A stretch of DNA of 63,659 bases from Lentisphaeria bacterium (GTDB lineage Bacteria > Verrucomicrobiota > Lentisphaeria > JABSQK01 > JAWLHB01): the NCBI GenBank assembly GCA_041690595.1, contig JAWLHB010000048.1:1-63659 (forward strand). Reading direction: 5' to 3'. Below, one piece after another: positions 19,530 to 29,569 of this stretch (the stretch's first letter is position 1; every line of letters starts with the position of its first letter). Under the pieces are notes generated by a model. It was given only the letters and a program-made list of their open reading frames with translations. It was not told where the DNA came from and did no database searches. The translations under genes were made by a program, and so were the position numbers.

Positions 19530-22500
19530 TCAGGGTCGGTGCAAAGCGTAAATGGCGCGGATCGCATCGGCATCGAGCGTGCCTGCATAGATGCTCAGTT
19601 CATCGATATCGCCGCGCAGCCACGAGTAAGGGCCGCCGATGGTGATGGCTTGCTTGAGGCTGCCCCGCTGATCGGCTATGGGGCGCGAGCCGGCAAAATG
19701 GCCGTCGACGAGGAAACGCACTTCCCGCCCCCGGTCGACGACAAGGGCGAGTTGGTGCCACTGGCCGTCGGCGATGGCCTCGACGGGATTGCCCGGGACG
19801 GTAGCAGTGGCGAGATCGCCGCCGGCATTGAGGCTCATCCAGAGGCGCGGCGGCTGGCCCTCATCCCCTCGTATGCTGTACTGCCAATAGGGTGAGGTCG
19901 TGGTGCTGCCGAGGAGGAGGCCACCGGGGTTGTCGCCTCGGTACCAGAGGAGGATGGTGAAATCATCGGTGCGCAGATTGAGCTCCGCTGGCGCGGTGAG
20001 CGTGAGGTATTGGGCGCCCTCGCTGCCCAGCAGGCGAATGGCGTCGCCGGCGATACCGTCGGTCAGATTCTGCTCGCCCCAGCTTTGCCCGTCCTTGAAG
20101 GTGGAGAGCTGGAGCGAGGCGGAGAGGTAGCCGGAGCCGCGAAGGCCGCCATTCTGCCAGTCGTCGAAGCTGAAGTGAAGGGCGGCCGGCGGGCGATCGT
20201 CCTGGCTGATCGGCGGGATCTGAAAAGCGAGCACCCCGTACTCATCCAGTTGGGCGATACCCTCCAGAGTGGGCGCCCACTGAAGGAGGGTGCCGTCGTC
20301 GAACGAGCAGATGGCCTGCAACCCCCAGACATCGCCCGGGACAATCTCGGTGACACCGAGGAGAAGCAGATCCATGGTCACCTCCAGCGCCCACTGATTC
20401 TCCTCTTCCGTGCTCCAGTGAACGGCGGGGTCGATGGGAAAGGGCTTGCGGGCGCCCTTGCGGTCGATCACGTTGCAGGCGACGCTTTCGGCATCGCCGA
20501 TCTCAGCCAGGAAGGCCCGCTCGCGGCCGCGGCCGGGATCGACCGCCAGCTGCACGAGGCGCGGGGCATGGCCGCTGCCCCTCAGGGCCAGGGTGACGGT
20601 GGTTTCGTCCCACGCGGCCCTCATGACGCAAGGGGACTTGGCGGGCTGCAGCGTCACCGTCTTGAAGGCGGAAGATTCGGGAGCTTCAGCCAGCCCTCCG
20701 CCGGCGGCGGCGAGTCGGGGACGGGCACTGTGCCGCGTGCGATAGCGGGCAGCGCGACGCTCGATCTGCTGCTGAAGGGCGGCTTCGGCCAGCGCCACGC
20801 GTTCACTGTAGGGAGCTTCGGTTGCCAGGCGCGCAGCCTCATCGATCAACTCGCGAAGACGCGTAACGGTTTCAGGCGTACCCATGCGTTCCCAGTAGCG
20901 CATGGGCTGGGAGATTTCAGGGCCGGCATGGGTTTCGGGATCGCTCCACCGATCTTCGATGAGGGTGAAATAGGCGGCCATGGGGCGTTGGGCCGGGCCA
21001 TAGAAGAGGCGGTAGTGTTCCGCCAGCATGGCGTCGACATCCAGGTCGATGTCATCGAGAAGCTTCCAGGTGACATAGTGGTTGAGGAGATCTTCGAGGG
21101 GGTTGGCCAGGATGTTGTCCGTGTAGGGGCCGCTGGCGGAAGGAGCGGCGGAGGCCTCGAAGAACATGCCGTCGACACCGCACTCGTGCATATACCGGAT
21201 GGCGCGGGCGATGTTACGAGGGAATATCGGCGGGAAAGCCGCGTGGTCGGCGAAAGATTGCTGCAAGTACCATTCCCAGACGTACAGTTCCCCTGTCAGC
21301 TTGCTCCAGGCGAGGAGATTGTCGGCATGGTAACGCCAGCTCTCTTCCGTGAAGCTGTCGTGCAGATTGGCGGCCTGCGTGATGGAGATGTTGGGGGCCA
21401 GACCGACCTCCGGGCTTGGCGGCTGAAAGTACGGGCCATAGACCAGGCAGCTGATCCACTTGTCGGGATGGCGCGCATGAACCCGCCTGGCCACGTCGTT
21501 GGCCATCGTGAAGACGAAATCGGTGGCCCAGCCGCAGCTGAAGCCATCCTGGAAGCGGGGCTCGTTGCGACGCAGCGCCTCGCCGGCCTCCGTCCAGATG
21601 AGCCCCTTGCGGCCGTCGTTCGGGCTGACGCTGTAGAAGTCGCCGGCGGCGGGCACATGGCCTCCTCCATCCGGGAAGAGGCCTTTCGGAAACTTGCCGT
21701 CGAAGTAGTCGATGGCGTCATTCGAGATCTGCTCGATGAGGCTCGGGCTGAGGTAATCGGGGTGTGGCCAGGCTGGCGTTGGCTTTCCCTCTTTCCACCA
21801 TTCGGGGTGGGAATCGCCGAAGCGCGCCGAATAGCTGCCGAACGCGTGTCCAGCGGTGTGCGGGTTGCCGCCAATACGCATGCGCAGCAGCCACTGGAGC
21901 ATCTCGCGGCTGTCGACGGCGCGGATCTCGTCCGGCTGGCGCGAGCCATAGAACCAGGCAGCCTGACGCTGGTTCAGGCGTGAACTGCCGCGGTACTTCG
22001 TCCAGGGCCGCCGCCGGATGTTGAGGTTGGTGACGAGGAGGCGATCCTGCCGCTGCACCACCTCGCCGATCTCTCCAGGAAGATACCACCGTACACCCCA
22101 ACTCCGCTGCAGCAACTCGTGGACCGCATGGAGGGAGCCCATGGCCGTGAAGATCACATCCCCGCCGGCCGTCGGCCAGAGCCCATTCTTCTCGTAGCTG
22201 ATCAAGCCGTATTCTTCGGCATCGCGGCCCATCAGGATGAGATCCTGCCCACGCGTCGCAACGAGACATTCCTGGCGCTCGAAGTCTTCATTTCGCAGGC
22301 CATAGGCTTTGGTGAGGAGGCTCTCGCCGATGAGCACTCGCCGCGGCGACCAGGTGGCGCGGGGCACCGCGGCATCGACCACCAATGGCAGCTCCACGCC
22401 GGTGATCTTCCGGACATACGCAATGAACTCCGCGGCGGCAATCTGCGCCGGGCGGGTCGGATTCTCGGCAATCACGACGATGGCTCGGGGGGTGCCGCCG

Positions 22501-22640
22501 TTGACGATCTCGACGGTCCCCTCACCCAGCGGCGGCCATGGTTCCGGCGGCATGGCACTGGCGGCAAGCTCGGCCCGCGCCACAACCGTCAGCAGCGCCG
22601 CCATCGCCACCAGCGCGCCTCTGCGGCTGCCACCCATCAT
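19530..22640 (-). CDS. Secreted DUF4838 protein with C-terminal LamG-like domain
   Basis: Signal peptide; WGVRWYLPGEIG, SPNDG; C-term ADGQWHQLALV..LRGDIDELSIY. Confidence 0.75.
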   Translation of the reverse strand: MMGGSRRGALVAMAALLTVVARAELAASAMPPEPWPPLGEGTVEIVNGGTPRAIVVIAENPTRPAQIAAAEFIAYVRKITGVELPLVVDAAVPRATWSPRRVLIGESLLTKAYGLRNEDFERQECLVATRGQDLILMGRDAEEYGLISYEKNGLWPTAGGDVIFTAMGSLHAVHELLQRSWGVRWYLPGEIGEVVQRQDRLLVTNLNIRRRPWTKYRGSSRLNQRQAAWFYGSRQPDEIRAVDSREMLQWLLRMRIGGNPHTAGHAFGSYSARFGDSHPEWWKEGKPTPAWPHPDYLSPSLIEQISNDAIDYFDGKFPKGLFPDGGGHVPAAGDFYSVSPNDGRKGLIWTEAGEALRRNEPRFQDGFSCGWATDFVFTMANDVARRVHARHPDKWISCLVYGPYFQPPSPEVGLAPNISITQAANLHDSFTEESWRYHADNLLAWSKLTGELYVWEWYLQQSFADHAAFPPIFPRNIARAIRYMHECGVDGMFFEASAAPSASGPYTDNILANPLEDLLNHYVTWKLLDDIDLDVDAMLAEHYRLFYGPAQRPMAAYFTLIEDRWSDPETHAGPEISQPMRYWERMGTPETVTRLRELIDEAARLATEAPYSERVALAEAALQQQIERRAARYRTRHSARPRLAAAGGGLAEAPESSAFKTVTLQPAKSPCVMRAAWDETTVTLALRGSGHAPRLVQLAVDPGRGRERAFLAEIGDAESVACNVIDRKGARKPFPIDPAVHWSTEEENQWALEVTMDLLLLGVTEIVPGDVWGLQAICSFDDGTLLQWAPTLEGIAQLDEYGVLAFQIPPISQDDRPPAALHFSFDDWQNGGLRGSGYLSASLQLSTFKDGQSWGEQNLTDGIAGDAIRLLGSEGAQYLTLTAPAELNLRTDDFTILLWYRGDNPGGLLLGSTTTSPYWQYSIRGDEGQPPRLWMSLNAGGDLATATVPGNPVEAIADGQWHQLALVVDRGREVRFLVDGHFAGSRPIADQRGSLKQAITIGGPYSWLRGDIDELSIYAGTLDADAIRAIYALHRP

Positions 22641-25051
22641 CGCTCACCTCCGAAAGTGACGCGGCCAAAGCGATCCTTGATGTGCCACGACCAGGAATAA
22701 GGAGGTGACCAGCAGTGCCAGTGTTCCGGATCGAAGCGTTTCTTGGTGGAGAAGGCATAGCGATTGCGCATCACGTTAAGCCCCCAGGTGTCCCCCGGCT
22801 TCGGGGATTGGCCGGCCAGGATCACCGCAAAAGGAACGACGATCTCCCCGCTCCAGCCATTCTCCAGACGATGGACGACACCCTGCACCCCCAGCTCGGG
22901 GCTTGTCTGTGGAGAGTACTTCTTGCGCCACCACGTCCAGGTAGCGCTGTTGACGTTGAGCATGATCTGCACGTAGTCGGGACTCTCGGGATCCATGTCG
23001 AGGTTGACCTCGAGGGAATCGTCGACGCATATCATGGAGGTGGAGTCGGTGTACTCCTGGCGCAGCTCGCCCATGTTGGGTTCTTCGCAGATGAAGGCGA
23101 TATAGAGGTTGCGCTCATCCCAGGCGAGCTTGGCGGAGGTGGCGACGGCCGGTGTCTCATTGAGCATGGTGACGAATGGGGGAGTCGCGGCGGCCTGCTG
23201 CCAGACGGGCTCGTCGAGAATGCCATCGACTTTGATGGCCGCGGCGGCGACGCGGGGGATCTCGAGGTGGGGCAAGGGTGTGGAGACCACCTTGGCGTGG
23301 AAGGCCCCCTGCTCCACCAGACGCTCGAACATACCGCTGCGGATCGCCGCCAGACGGGAGCTGTAGGGATCTTCGGTCGCCACTTGCTCCGCCTGCGCGA
23401 GGGCGGCCTGTATCTTGGCGAGTCGGGTTTCACTGGCGCCGATGGCCCACTGGTGCGACGGGCCCAGCTGCTTGTCGGAGACTTCCTCGTACCCTTCTTC
23501 GATGAGTTGCCAGAAGGTGCGCATGGGCGCTTCGGCCGGTCCATAGAAGAGGCGGCAGTATTCCTCGATGACGGCCTCGGCATCCAGCTCCGGCTCACAG
23601 AGCGCCTTCATGGTGATGTAATAGTCCAGATGCGAGACGATGGGATTGGTGTCGCCGATCTCCATGAACATGCCGTCGACGCCCATGGCGCGGAGGGTAT
23701 CGATGTAAGGGGTGATGCGATGGGGCCGGATGGCGGGATAGCCGCGCGCATAGTGGTATTCCCAGGTGTAGAGCTGGCTCACCTTGCGCCGCCACTCGTG
23801 AAGGACCTTCATGCCATAGCCATCGGCAGCCCAGCCGTCGGCCATGGCGACGGTGACCGCGACGTTGCTCGGCATGGCGAAGGTGGGCGGTTCGAAAGTC
23901 CCCGCATAAGCGATGGTGCTCACATAGGCATCGGGGTAAACGCCCAGGAGGTTCTCCGCGACCGCCTTCACCCAGGCAAAGATGTAATCGCTGTAGACAC
24001 CGTTACCGAAGCCGTCACCGCTGCGTTCCGGCTGGGCGGGAGGCTGAAGATCGTCGCCATAGTCGCGGTTGTCGAGCGGGTACATGGCGAAGTAGTCGCC
24101 GGCGCTGATGCGGGCGGCGGAATGAATATCGGCGCCGCGCCGACGGGCGGAAAAGGGCAGCTTGAAGTACTCGACCGCGTCTGCGGCCACCTGCGCGATG
24201 ACCTCGGGATGGTCGAAGCGGGGCTGGACATCGGGTCCAGGCTTGCCGCGCACAAACCAGTCGGGATGCGTCTCGCCAAAACGCTTGAAGTAGTCGGTGA
24301 CCGAGTGGTTGACGTTATAGGGTTCGCAGGCCTTGCGGCTGCGCAGGACGAAGAGCGAGGTATCGCGGGGGCTGCTCCATTGCTTGTAACGATTGACGCC
24401 CGCCATGTCGATCTCACCGGGATCGCCGGGACGCCCCCAGCCACCGCTACCGACAACGCGATAGCGCGTCCATGGCGCCTGCTGCCGCTCAACGGCCTCC
24501 ACGGTAAGGGTCGGTCGGCGGGGCACCACGGTTCCCAGATCCGACACCATGTACCAGCGCACCCCGCACTCCGTCTCGAGAAAATCATAAACCGCATAGA
24601 GCGATCCCACCCGATAGAAGGGATTGTAGATGGCAAAGCCTTGCCACGTGCCCAGCTTTTCATAATCGACATCGCCATAGTCCAGATCGTCACGGCCGAT
24701 AAGGACAATAGCTTCCTCACCGATGCTGACCAGAGATTCCTGGGGCTTGAAGCGGTGGCTTGTATGGCCCAGGACACGGGTCGACGCGCTTTCGCCGACA
24801 AGGATGGGGATAGCTCCCTCGGGCAGCGGCTCCCCGTCGGTCAGGATTGGCAACTCCGCGCCGGTCATCTGCCGGAGATGCGACTGCAGTTCCAGCGCGC
24901 CCAGACGAGCACTGCGCGTGGGATTGGCATCGATAACAATAGCAGCTTTGGCAACCCCCTCCTCGACGAGGGTGACCGCTTGCGCGAGGTGAAGGTTCAG
25001 GCCGAGCGCCGCGAGAGCCGTCAGTGTGAGATTTCTGCCCCAAGTCTTCAT
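22637..25051 (-). CDS. Secreted DUF4838 + CBM9-like protein
   Basis: GSLYAVYDFLE.ECGVRWY; IKVDGILDEPVW..WDERNLYIAF..WGLNVMRN. Confidence 0.78.
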   Translation of the reverse strand: MKTWGRNLTLTALAALGLNLHLAQAVTLVEEGVAKAAIVIDANPTRSARLGALELQSHLRQMTGAELPILTDGEPLPEGAIPILVGESASTRVLGHTSHRFKPQESLVSIGEEAIVLIGRDDLDYGDVDYEKLGTWQGFAIYNPFYRVGSLYAVYDFLETECGVRWYMVSDLGTVVPRRPTLTVEAVERQQAPWTRYRVVGSGGWGRPGDPGEIDMAGVNRYKQWSSPRDTSLFVLRSRKACEPYNVNHSVTDYFKRFGETHPDWFVRGKPGPDVQPRFDHPEVIAQVAADAVEYFKLPFSARRRGADIHSAARISAGDYFAMYPLDNRDYGDDLQPPAQPERSGDGFGNGVYSDYIFAWVKAVAENLLGVYPDAYVSTIAYAGTFEPPTFAMPSNVAVTVAMADGWAADGYGMKVLHEWRRKVSQLYTWEYHYARGYPAIRPHRITPYIDTLRAMGVDGMFMEIGDTNPIVSHLDYYITMKALCEPELDAEAVIEEYCRLFYGPAEAPMRTFWQLIEEGYEEVSDKQLGPSHQWAIGASETRLAKIQAALAQAEQVATEDPYSSRLAAIRSGMFERLVEQGAFHAKVVSTPLPHLEIPRVAAAAIKVDGILDEPVWQQAAATPPFVTMLNETPAVATSAKLAWDERNLYIAFICEEPNMGELRQEYTDSTSMICVDDSLEVNLDMDPESPDYVQIMLNVNSATWTWWRKKYSPQTSPELGVQGVVHRLENGWSGEIVVPFAVILAGQSPKPGDTWGLNVMRNRYAFSTKKRFDPEHWHCWSPPYSWSWHIKDRFGRVTFGGER

Positions 25052-25206
25052 GTCAATCTCCCGGGAGTTTGTGTGGGTCTATTCCTGCCGACGAAAAGGC
25101 TTTGCAACGAATTCCAGGCTTTCCTGCATGGCAATAATGGCGAGAACAACCGGCCGTTTAACCGTGAAAACGATCTCGACGAGCGGAGCGGAGGCGGCTG
25201 CAAGGA

Positions 25207-26292
25207 TCATGTCGCTTCCTCCTGCCTGACCGGCGAAGCTTGCGCGGCAGGCGGTGCCGTGGAGCCGCGAATGACCAGGCTGACCGGCAGGGTATGAATG
25301 ACCGGTCGATCGTCAGCGCCGTTCGTGAGCCGCTTGAGAAGGAGGCGCGCGGCTTCGCGGCCGAGACGCTCAGGATGAATCTGCACCGTGCTCAGCGGTG
25401 GCTCCATCAGCCCAAGAGCATCGCGATCCTCGAAGCCGATGACGCTCAAGTCTTCCGGCACCGCGATACCCGCGGCACGGATAAGCGTGATGGCGGTGGA
25501 GTCATTGGGTAGAAAAGCCGCGGTCGGCGCATCCGGCACGCCTTGCCGCTTGCCCGCCAGCTCCGCCAGGCGCAGCGCCGCCGTCGGCATGTCCCAGACC
25601 AGGCTCTCGTCGATCGGAACTCCCACCTCATGCAGCGCCAGCTCGTAGCCACGATACCACTGCTCATAGAAACTCTGGGGCAGGCGCAGAACGGCGATGC
25701 GGCGGTGGCCAAGCAGCAGCAGATGCTCAACCGCCTGACGCGCCCCCTCTTCATAGTCCGGAACCACCGCATCCATGTCGTGGCGTGCGTCGCGGTAGGC
25801 AACCGTGGGCAGATGATCACGCAGCACCTCCGCGATCTCGGGCGACAGGCGCGAGGAAAGGATCGCCCCCTCCGCCTGCAACTGCCGCACATGCTTCCGC
25901 CAGTCGGGGTCATCCGGCCGCAGAACCACATACTGCAACGCGTAGCCGGCCCGCCGCAACTCCGGCTCGGCCGCATGAAAAACCTGGAAATGAAGCGCGT
26001 CACCCATCGGATTCCGCCACTCCCCATAAACAAAAGCGATCGCCTTCTGCCGGGGCTGCATGATGGTGCGCCTCGGCTTCACCACGAAAGCGCCCGAGCG
26101 CGCCTTGGTGCGCAGCAGCCCCATGCCCACTAGCTGCCCGGTCACCTTCTGAGCCAGCGAATTGCTGATCCCGTACTTACCCGTAATCTGTCGGGTCGAC
26201 CAGAAACGCTCGCCATCCTTGAAATGGTCGCGCAACTCGCGTTGGAGAATCGCCAGCAGTTGCTCGCTGGAAGAGACGGATGGGGTCGTCAT
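25207..26292 (-). CDS. GntR-HTH + LacI-type regulator
   Basis: N-terminal winged HTH; GHRRIA, PTAAFLPND, VPEDLSVIGFED, PPLSTV, RGST. Confidence 0.9.
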   Translation of the reverse strand: MTTPSVSSSEQLLAILQRELRDHFKDGERFWSTRQITGKYGISNSLAQKVTGQLVGMGLLRTKARSGAFVVKPRRTIMQPRQKAIAFVYGEWRNPMGDALHFQVFHAAEPELRRAGYALQYVVLRPDDPDWRKHVRQLQAEGAILSSRLSPEIAEVLRDHLPTVAYRDARHDMDAVVPDYEEGARQAVEHLLLLGHRRIAVLRLPQSFYEQWYRGYELALHEVGVPIDESLVWDMPTAALRLAELAGKRQGVPDAPTAAFLPNDSTAITLIRAAGIAVPEDLSVIGFEDRDALGLMEPPLSTVQIHPERLGREAARLLLKRLTNGADDRPVIHTLPVSLVIRGSTAPPAAQASPVRQEEAT

Positions 26293-26441
26293 CGAAATGC
26301 TACTCTCCTGCTACACTGTTCATACAGCCATCATCCCGTTACGATAGCCGCCATATCCAAGACGCGCAACTGTACCGCACAGAAATGCAGCACCGGTCGA
26401 TTCTCCGGTCATCCTCTCAGGCCCTCCACTCCCTTGGTGCC

Positions 26442-26876
26442 CTCTTGCGCATCGCTCCACCCCAAAACATCGGTCCATTCCTCGGTCGGTCTTCCCAGGC
26501 ACGCCATGCTCTTGCGCATCGCTCCACCCCAAAACATCGGTCCATTCCTCGGTCGGTCTTCCCAGGCACGCCATCCTCCCCGTGCATCGCTCCACCCCAA
26601 AACATCGGTCCATTCCTCGGTCGGTCTTCCCAGGCACGCCATGCTCCTGCGCCTCGTTCCACCCCAAAACATCGGTCCATTCCTCGGTCGGACAGTGCCA
26701 CGATTCGCGTCCGTGTTCGCCCGTGTCTGTCCGTGTCCGTCCCCGCTGAGGAAAGTCCCCTCGGCCGTTGTTGTGCTTCGCCTGCTCCTACCATCATGGC
26801 CAAACCCTCCCCCATTCCCCGGCACGCCACCTCGCCCGAGCACCCTCCGGCGCCTCGTTCCACCCCAAAACATCGG
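26442..26876. repeat. Tandem array, 4 x 67-68 bp, plus one detached partial copy
   Basis: CCACCCCAAAACATCGGTCCATTCCTCGGTCGG at 26457, 26524, 26592 and 26659; partial copy at ~26860. Confidence 0.92.
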
Positions 26877-26943
26877 CCATAACATCGGTCCTCGCTACTA
26901 ACCCGTTACCCCACCCACAAGAAGACTGCACATACCCGACCGT

Positions 26944-26971
26944 ACCATATCATGAATAACCCAAAAGTCAA
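26944..26971 (-). promoter_or_regulatory. sigma70-like promoter pointing into the 67-bp array
   Basis: Minus strand TTGACT-N16-TATGGT with extended -10 TGn. Confidence 0.45.
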
Positions 26972-27163
26972 GCGCTGTATCGAAAAATAAGCATCCCCAA
27001 CTCCTCCTCCTTCTACGTGCCGCTCGTGCCACCCACGTAGGACAAACAATGACATCATAATTTCCGAAACTCCTACCGCCGATAGGGTGCATGATGAGGT
27101 TGCCAACAATAAGGTGGTGCTATCGTAAGGGTAGAGACACTTTCCCAAACATCCCCCCGAGAT

Positions 27164-27212
27164 AAGCCGGCTCCCCAAGTTCACCGCATGGCTTGGGAAG
27201 CCGGCTTTTTTT
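27164..27212 (+). terminator. Intrinsic terminator-like hairpin
   Basis: AAGCCGGCTCCCCAAG-N12-CTTGGGAAGCCGGCTT (one mismatch) followed by a T run. Confidence 0.65.
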
Positions 27213-27411
27213 GTCCATTTGGCTTGCCGGGATCCTCGCAACCTTCCCAGCTTCTGAAAAGCTCTCAAGCCCAGAACTGAGTCTGATCCTGGCCATACGG
27301 CTCTCCTTCGCCGGCGCCCATGCTGCAAGGCCTTGAATTTATTGAGCCATCGTCCAGTGTAGGGACAGGTCAGCTCGACCTGCAAGCAGTACCGCGGCAG
27401 CAAGATCAAAA

Positions 27412-27495
27412 GTGATCGAAAAGACCGAATTCACCTTGATCGAGCAACCCGTCGCCATCGTCGCCAACTATTCTCCACGACTTCCCACCCCGTGA
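27412..27495 (+). pseudogene. Degenerate prepilin-type N-terminus (27-aa mini-ORF)
   Basis: GTG-IEKTEFTLIEQPVAIVANYSPRLPTP-TGA, resembles [22 protein letters not shown]. Confidence 0.4.
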
Positions 27496-27501
27496 GGCAA
27501 C

Positions 27502-29406
27502 ATGACCTTCAATGGTTTTCACTACGACATTGCACGTGGCGCTTACCTCCGTCCTGCCGTCCTCATCGAGGCGATGCAACTGGCGGCAGACAACGGCTTC
27601 ACCCATTTCGTCCCCTACCTCGAAAATATGATCGCGCTGCCGGCCATGCGGAAGGCCTCCCCCTCCTGCGCCTATACCCCCGATCAGTGGCGTGAATTCG
27701 ATGCTTCCGCCCAGAAGATCGGTATCGACCTCGTCCCCCACTTCAATGTCATCGGCCACAGCACCCAGATCTGCGCTGCCTACCCGCACCTCGCCGGCCC
27801 CCATGGTGGAGACGAACTCGATGTAACCCTGCCCGTCGTGCATGACTGGCTGGCCGATTGCCTCCACGCCTTCTGCGACTGCTCCACCTCCGACTGGTTT
27901 CTCATCGGCGGCGACGAATGGCTCGCCCCCAACCACCTTCGCGCCAATCCATCCTTCGACATCGGCAGAGCCTGGGCCGACCAGATCAACCGCGCGGTAG
28001 ACCTCCTCGCCGAACGCGGCCGAACGCCCATCGTCTGGCACGACATGCTCATGCACTATCCCGATGCGCTGCACTACCTCTCCAAAAAGGCCGTCCTCGC
28101 CTTCTGGTTCTACGACCACGACTCCGACTATCCCATCATCGATTCCCTCAAGGCGCACGGCTTCAGGGTCATCATGTCCTCCGGTATATTCGGTTGCCAC
28201 TTCACCAAGCGCACGGAGGCGGCCATCGAGACCGCGGTGCAGGCCGTAGAGAAACATGGCGCCGATGGCATGATGATGACTTCCTGGGAGACTACCCCTT
28301 GGGAAGCGCAACGCTCGGTCATTCCGCTCACCGCCGAGGCATACGCGGGAAAGGCGCTCCCCCAGGCGATCCTTACCGGTGGCGCCATCAACGCCTGCCT
28401 CGCCAAAGTGCCGGCCGGCACCTGCGCCCACGCCGACCTCGCCAGCCGGCTGCAGGTCAACCTCGAAGATCCCGAGTGGTCCCGCTTTCCGCTGCAGCAC
28501 GGCTTTCTCAAGGCAACCATTGCCGGCGACCGTCAAGCCATCCTCGACTCCTATTGCCGCTACCACTATCCCGAAGGTCCCCTCTACGACCGGCTCGCCA
28601 AAGTCGCGCCAAGACCCATCCCCAATGCGCCCGCCCCGGCTATCCCGCCACGCTGCTTCGAACTCGACATTGTCCAGGACCCGCAGGCCGGCGACTGCCT
28701 GCGCGTCAGCCATGGCGACGAGCGTTTCATCGTCTATCCCCGGTATGGCGCCACGCTGCAGAACTGGACCTTCGGCAGCGCCACCATCATCCCCCACATG
28801 CTGCCCGCCTTCCTCGAACGCCCCAGGCAGGAGCCAGGCGGCTATCGCGGCTGGAATGCCGTCGGCGGCATGCGCCCCATCTGGGCCCTTGGCACTCATC
28901 ACAACCCCTGCATCCTCTGGCAGTATCCCTGGCAGTGGGACGTAAGCACCCATACCGCCGACCGCATCGTCCTCGCCTTCCGAAAATCCCTCAGCCACGT
29001 TGACGTTACCTACGAGATCGCCGTCGACCGCGATCGCCCCGGCATTCGACTCTCGCTCACCGCCGTGAACAAGCTGCCCAACGCCTACGGCGCCTTCAGC
29101 TTCAACCTCCCCCTCGCGCTTGACCCGCACCAACTGCACGACACCCGCTTCGCTTGGGACGACCATACCGAGAGTCTGCTCACCCCCGCCCGCGAAGCAT
29201 TCTGGCTCCCCGCGAGGGAAAACCTTCAGCTTTCCACCCCATACTGGACACTCCGCATCGCCGCCGACAAGGAGGAGACCGCCGGCTTCTTTGTCGACTG
29301 GGGCTGCACCATGGTCACCCCCGACCTTCACGGTCTCTACAAACCCCGCCACATCGGCGAAGCCACCACCGTCACCTGGCACCTGACGCCGAGCAGACAA
29401 CCTTAA
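27502..29406 (+). CDS. GH20-like hexosaminidase domain + C-terminal galactose-mutarotase-like domain
   Basis: HYDIARG, PHFNVIGH, IGGDE, WHDM; C-terminal YGATLQNW beta-sandwich; no signal peptide. Confidence 0.7.
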   Translation: MTFNGFHYDIARGAYLRPAVLIEAMQLAADNGFTHFVPYLENMIALPAMRKASPSCAYTPDQWREFDASAQKIGIDLVPHFNVIGHSTQICAAYPHLAGPHGGDELDVTLPVVHDWLADCLHAFCDCSTSDWFLIGGDEWLAPNHLRANPSFDIGRAWADQINRAVDLLAERGRTPIVWHDMLMHYPDALHYLSKKAVLAFWFYDHDSDYPIIDSLKAHGFRVIMSSGIFGCHFTKRTEAAIETAVQAVEKHGADGMMMTSWETTPWEAQRSVIPLTAEAYAGKALPQAILTGGAINACLAKVPAGTCAHADLASRLQVNLEDPEWSRFPLQHGFLKATIAGDRQAILDSYCRYHYPEGPLYDRLAKVAPRPIPNAPAPAIPPRCFELDIVQDPQAGDCLRVSHGDERFIVYPRYGATLQNWTFGSATIIPHMLPAFLERPRQEPGGYRGWNAVGGMRPIWALGTHHNPCILWQYPWQWDVSTHTADRIVLAFRKSLSHVDVTYEIAVDRDRPGIRLSLTAVNKLPNAYGAFSFNLPLALDPHQLHDTRFAWDDHTESLLTPAREAFWLPARENLQLSTPYWTLRIAADKEETAGFFVDWGCTMVTPDLHGLYKPRHIGEATTVTWHLTPSRQP

Positions 29407-29569
29407 GGCGCTCCGCCCGACAATATGGGAGTCTCCGCCCGGCCGCTGCCCGGAACGCCATGGATGGGGCGGATCTCGCCGTCCATTCAGTTGCATCCTG
29501 GGGTTGGCGGGGGCAGGTTACGTGATTGTCAACGGGTTGCCTTCATCCAGACGGGGAGCTTTTTCTAAG

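Noticed and set aside
26442..26876. CRISPR array (67-bp period)
   Set aside because: Period is CRISPR-like, but the would-be spacers are near-identical copies
26906..27409. 167-aa minus-strand ORF
   Set aside because: Atypical composition, no domain, and it spans promoter/terminator-like elements
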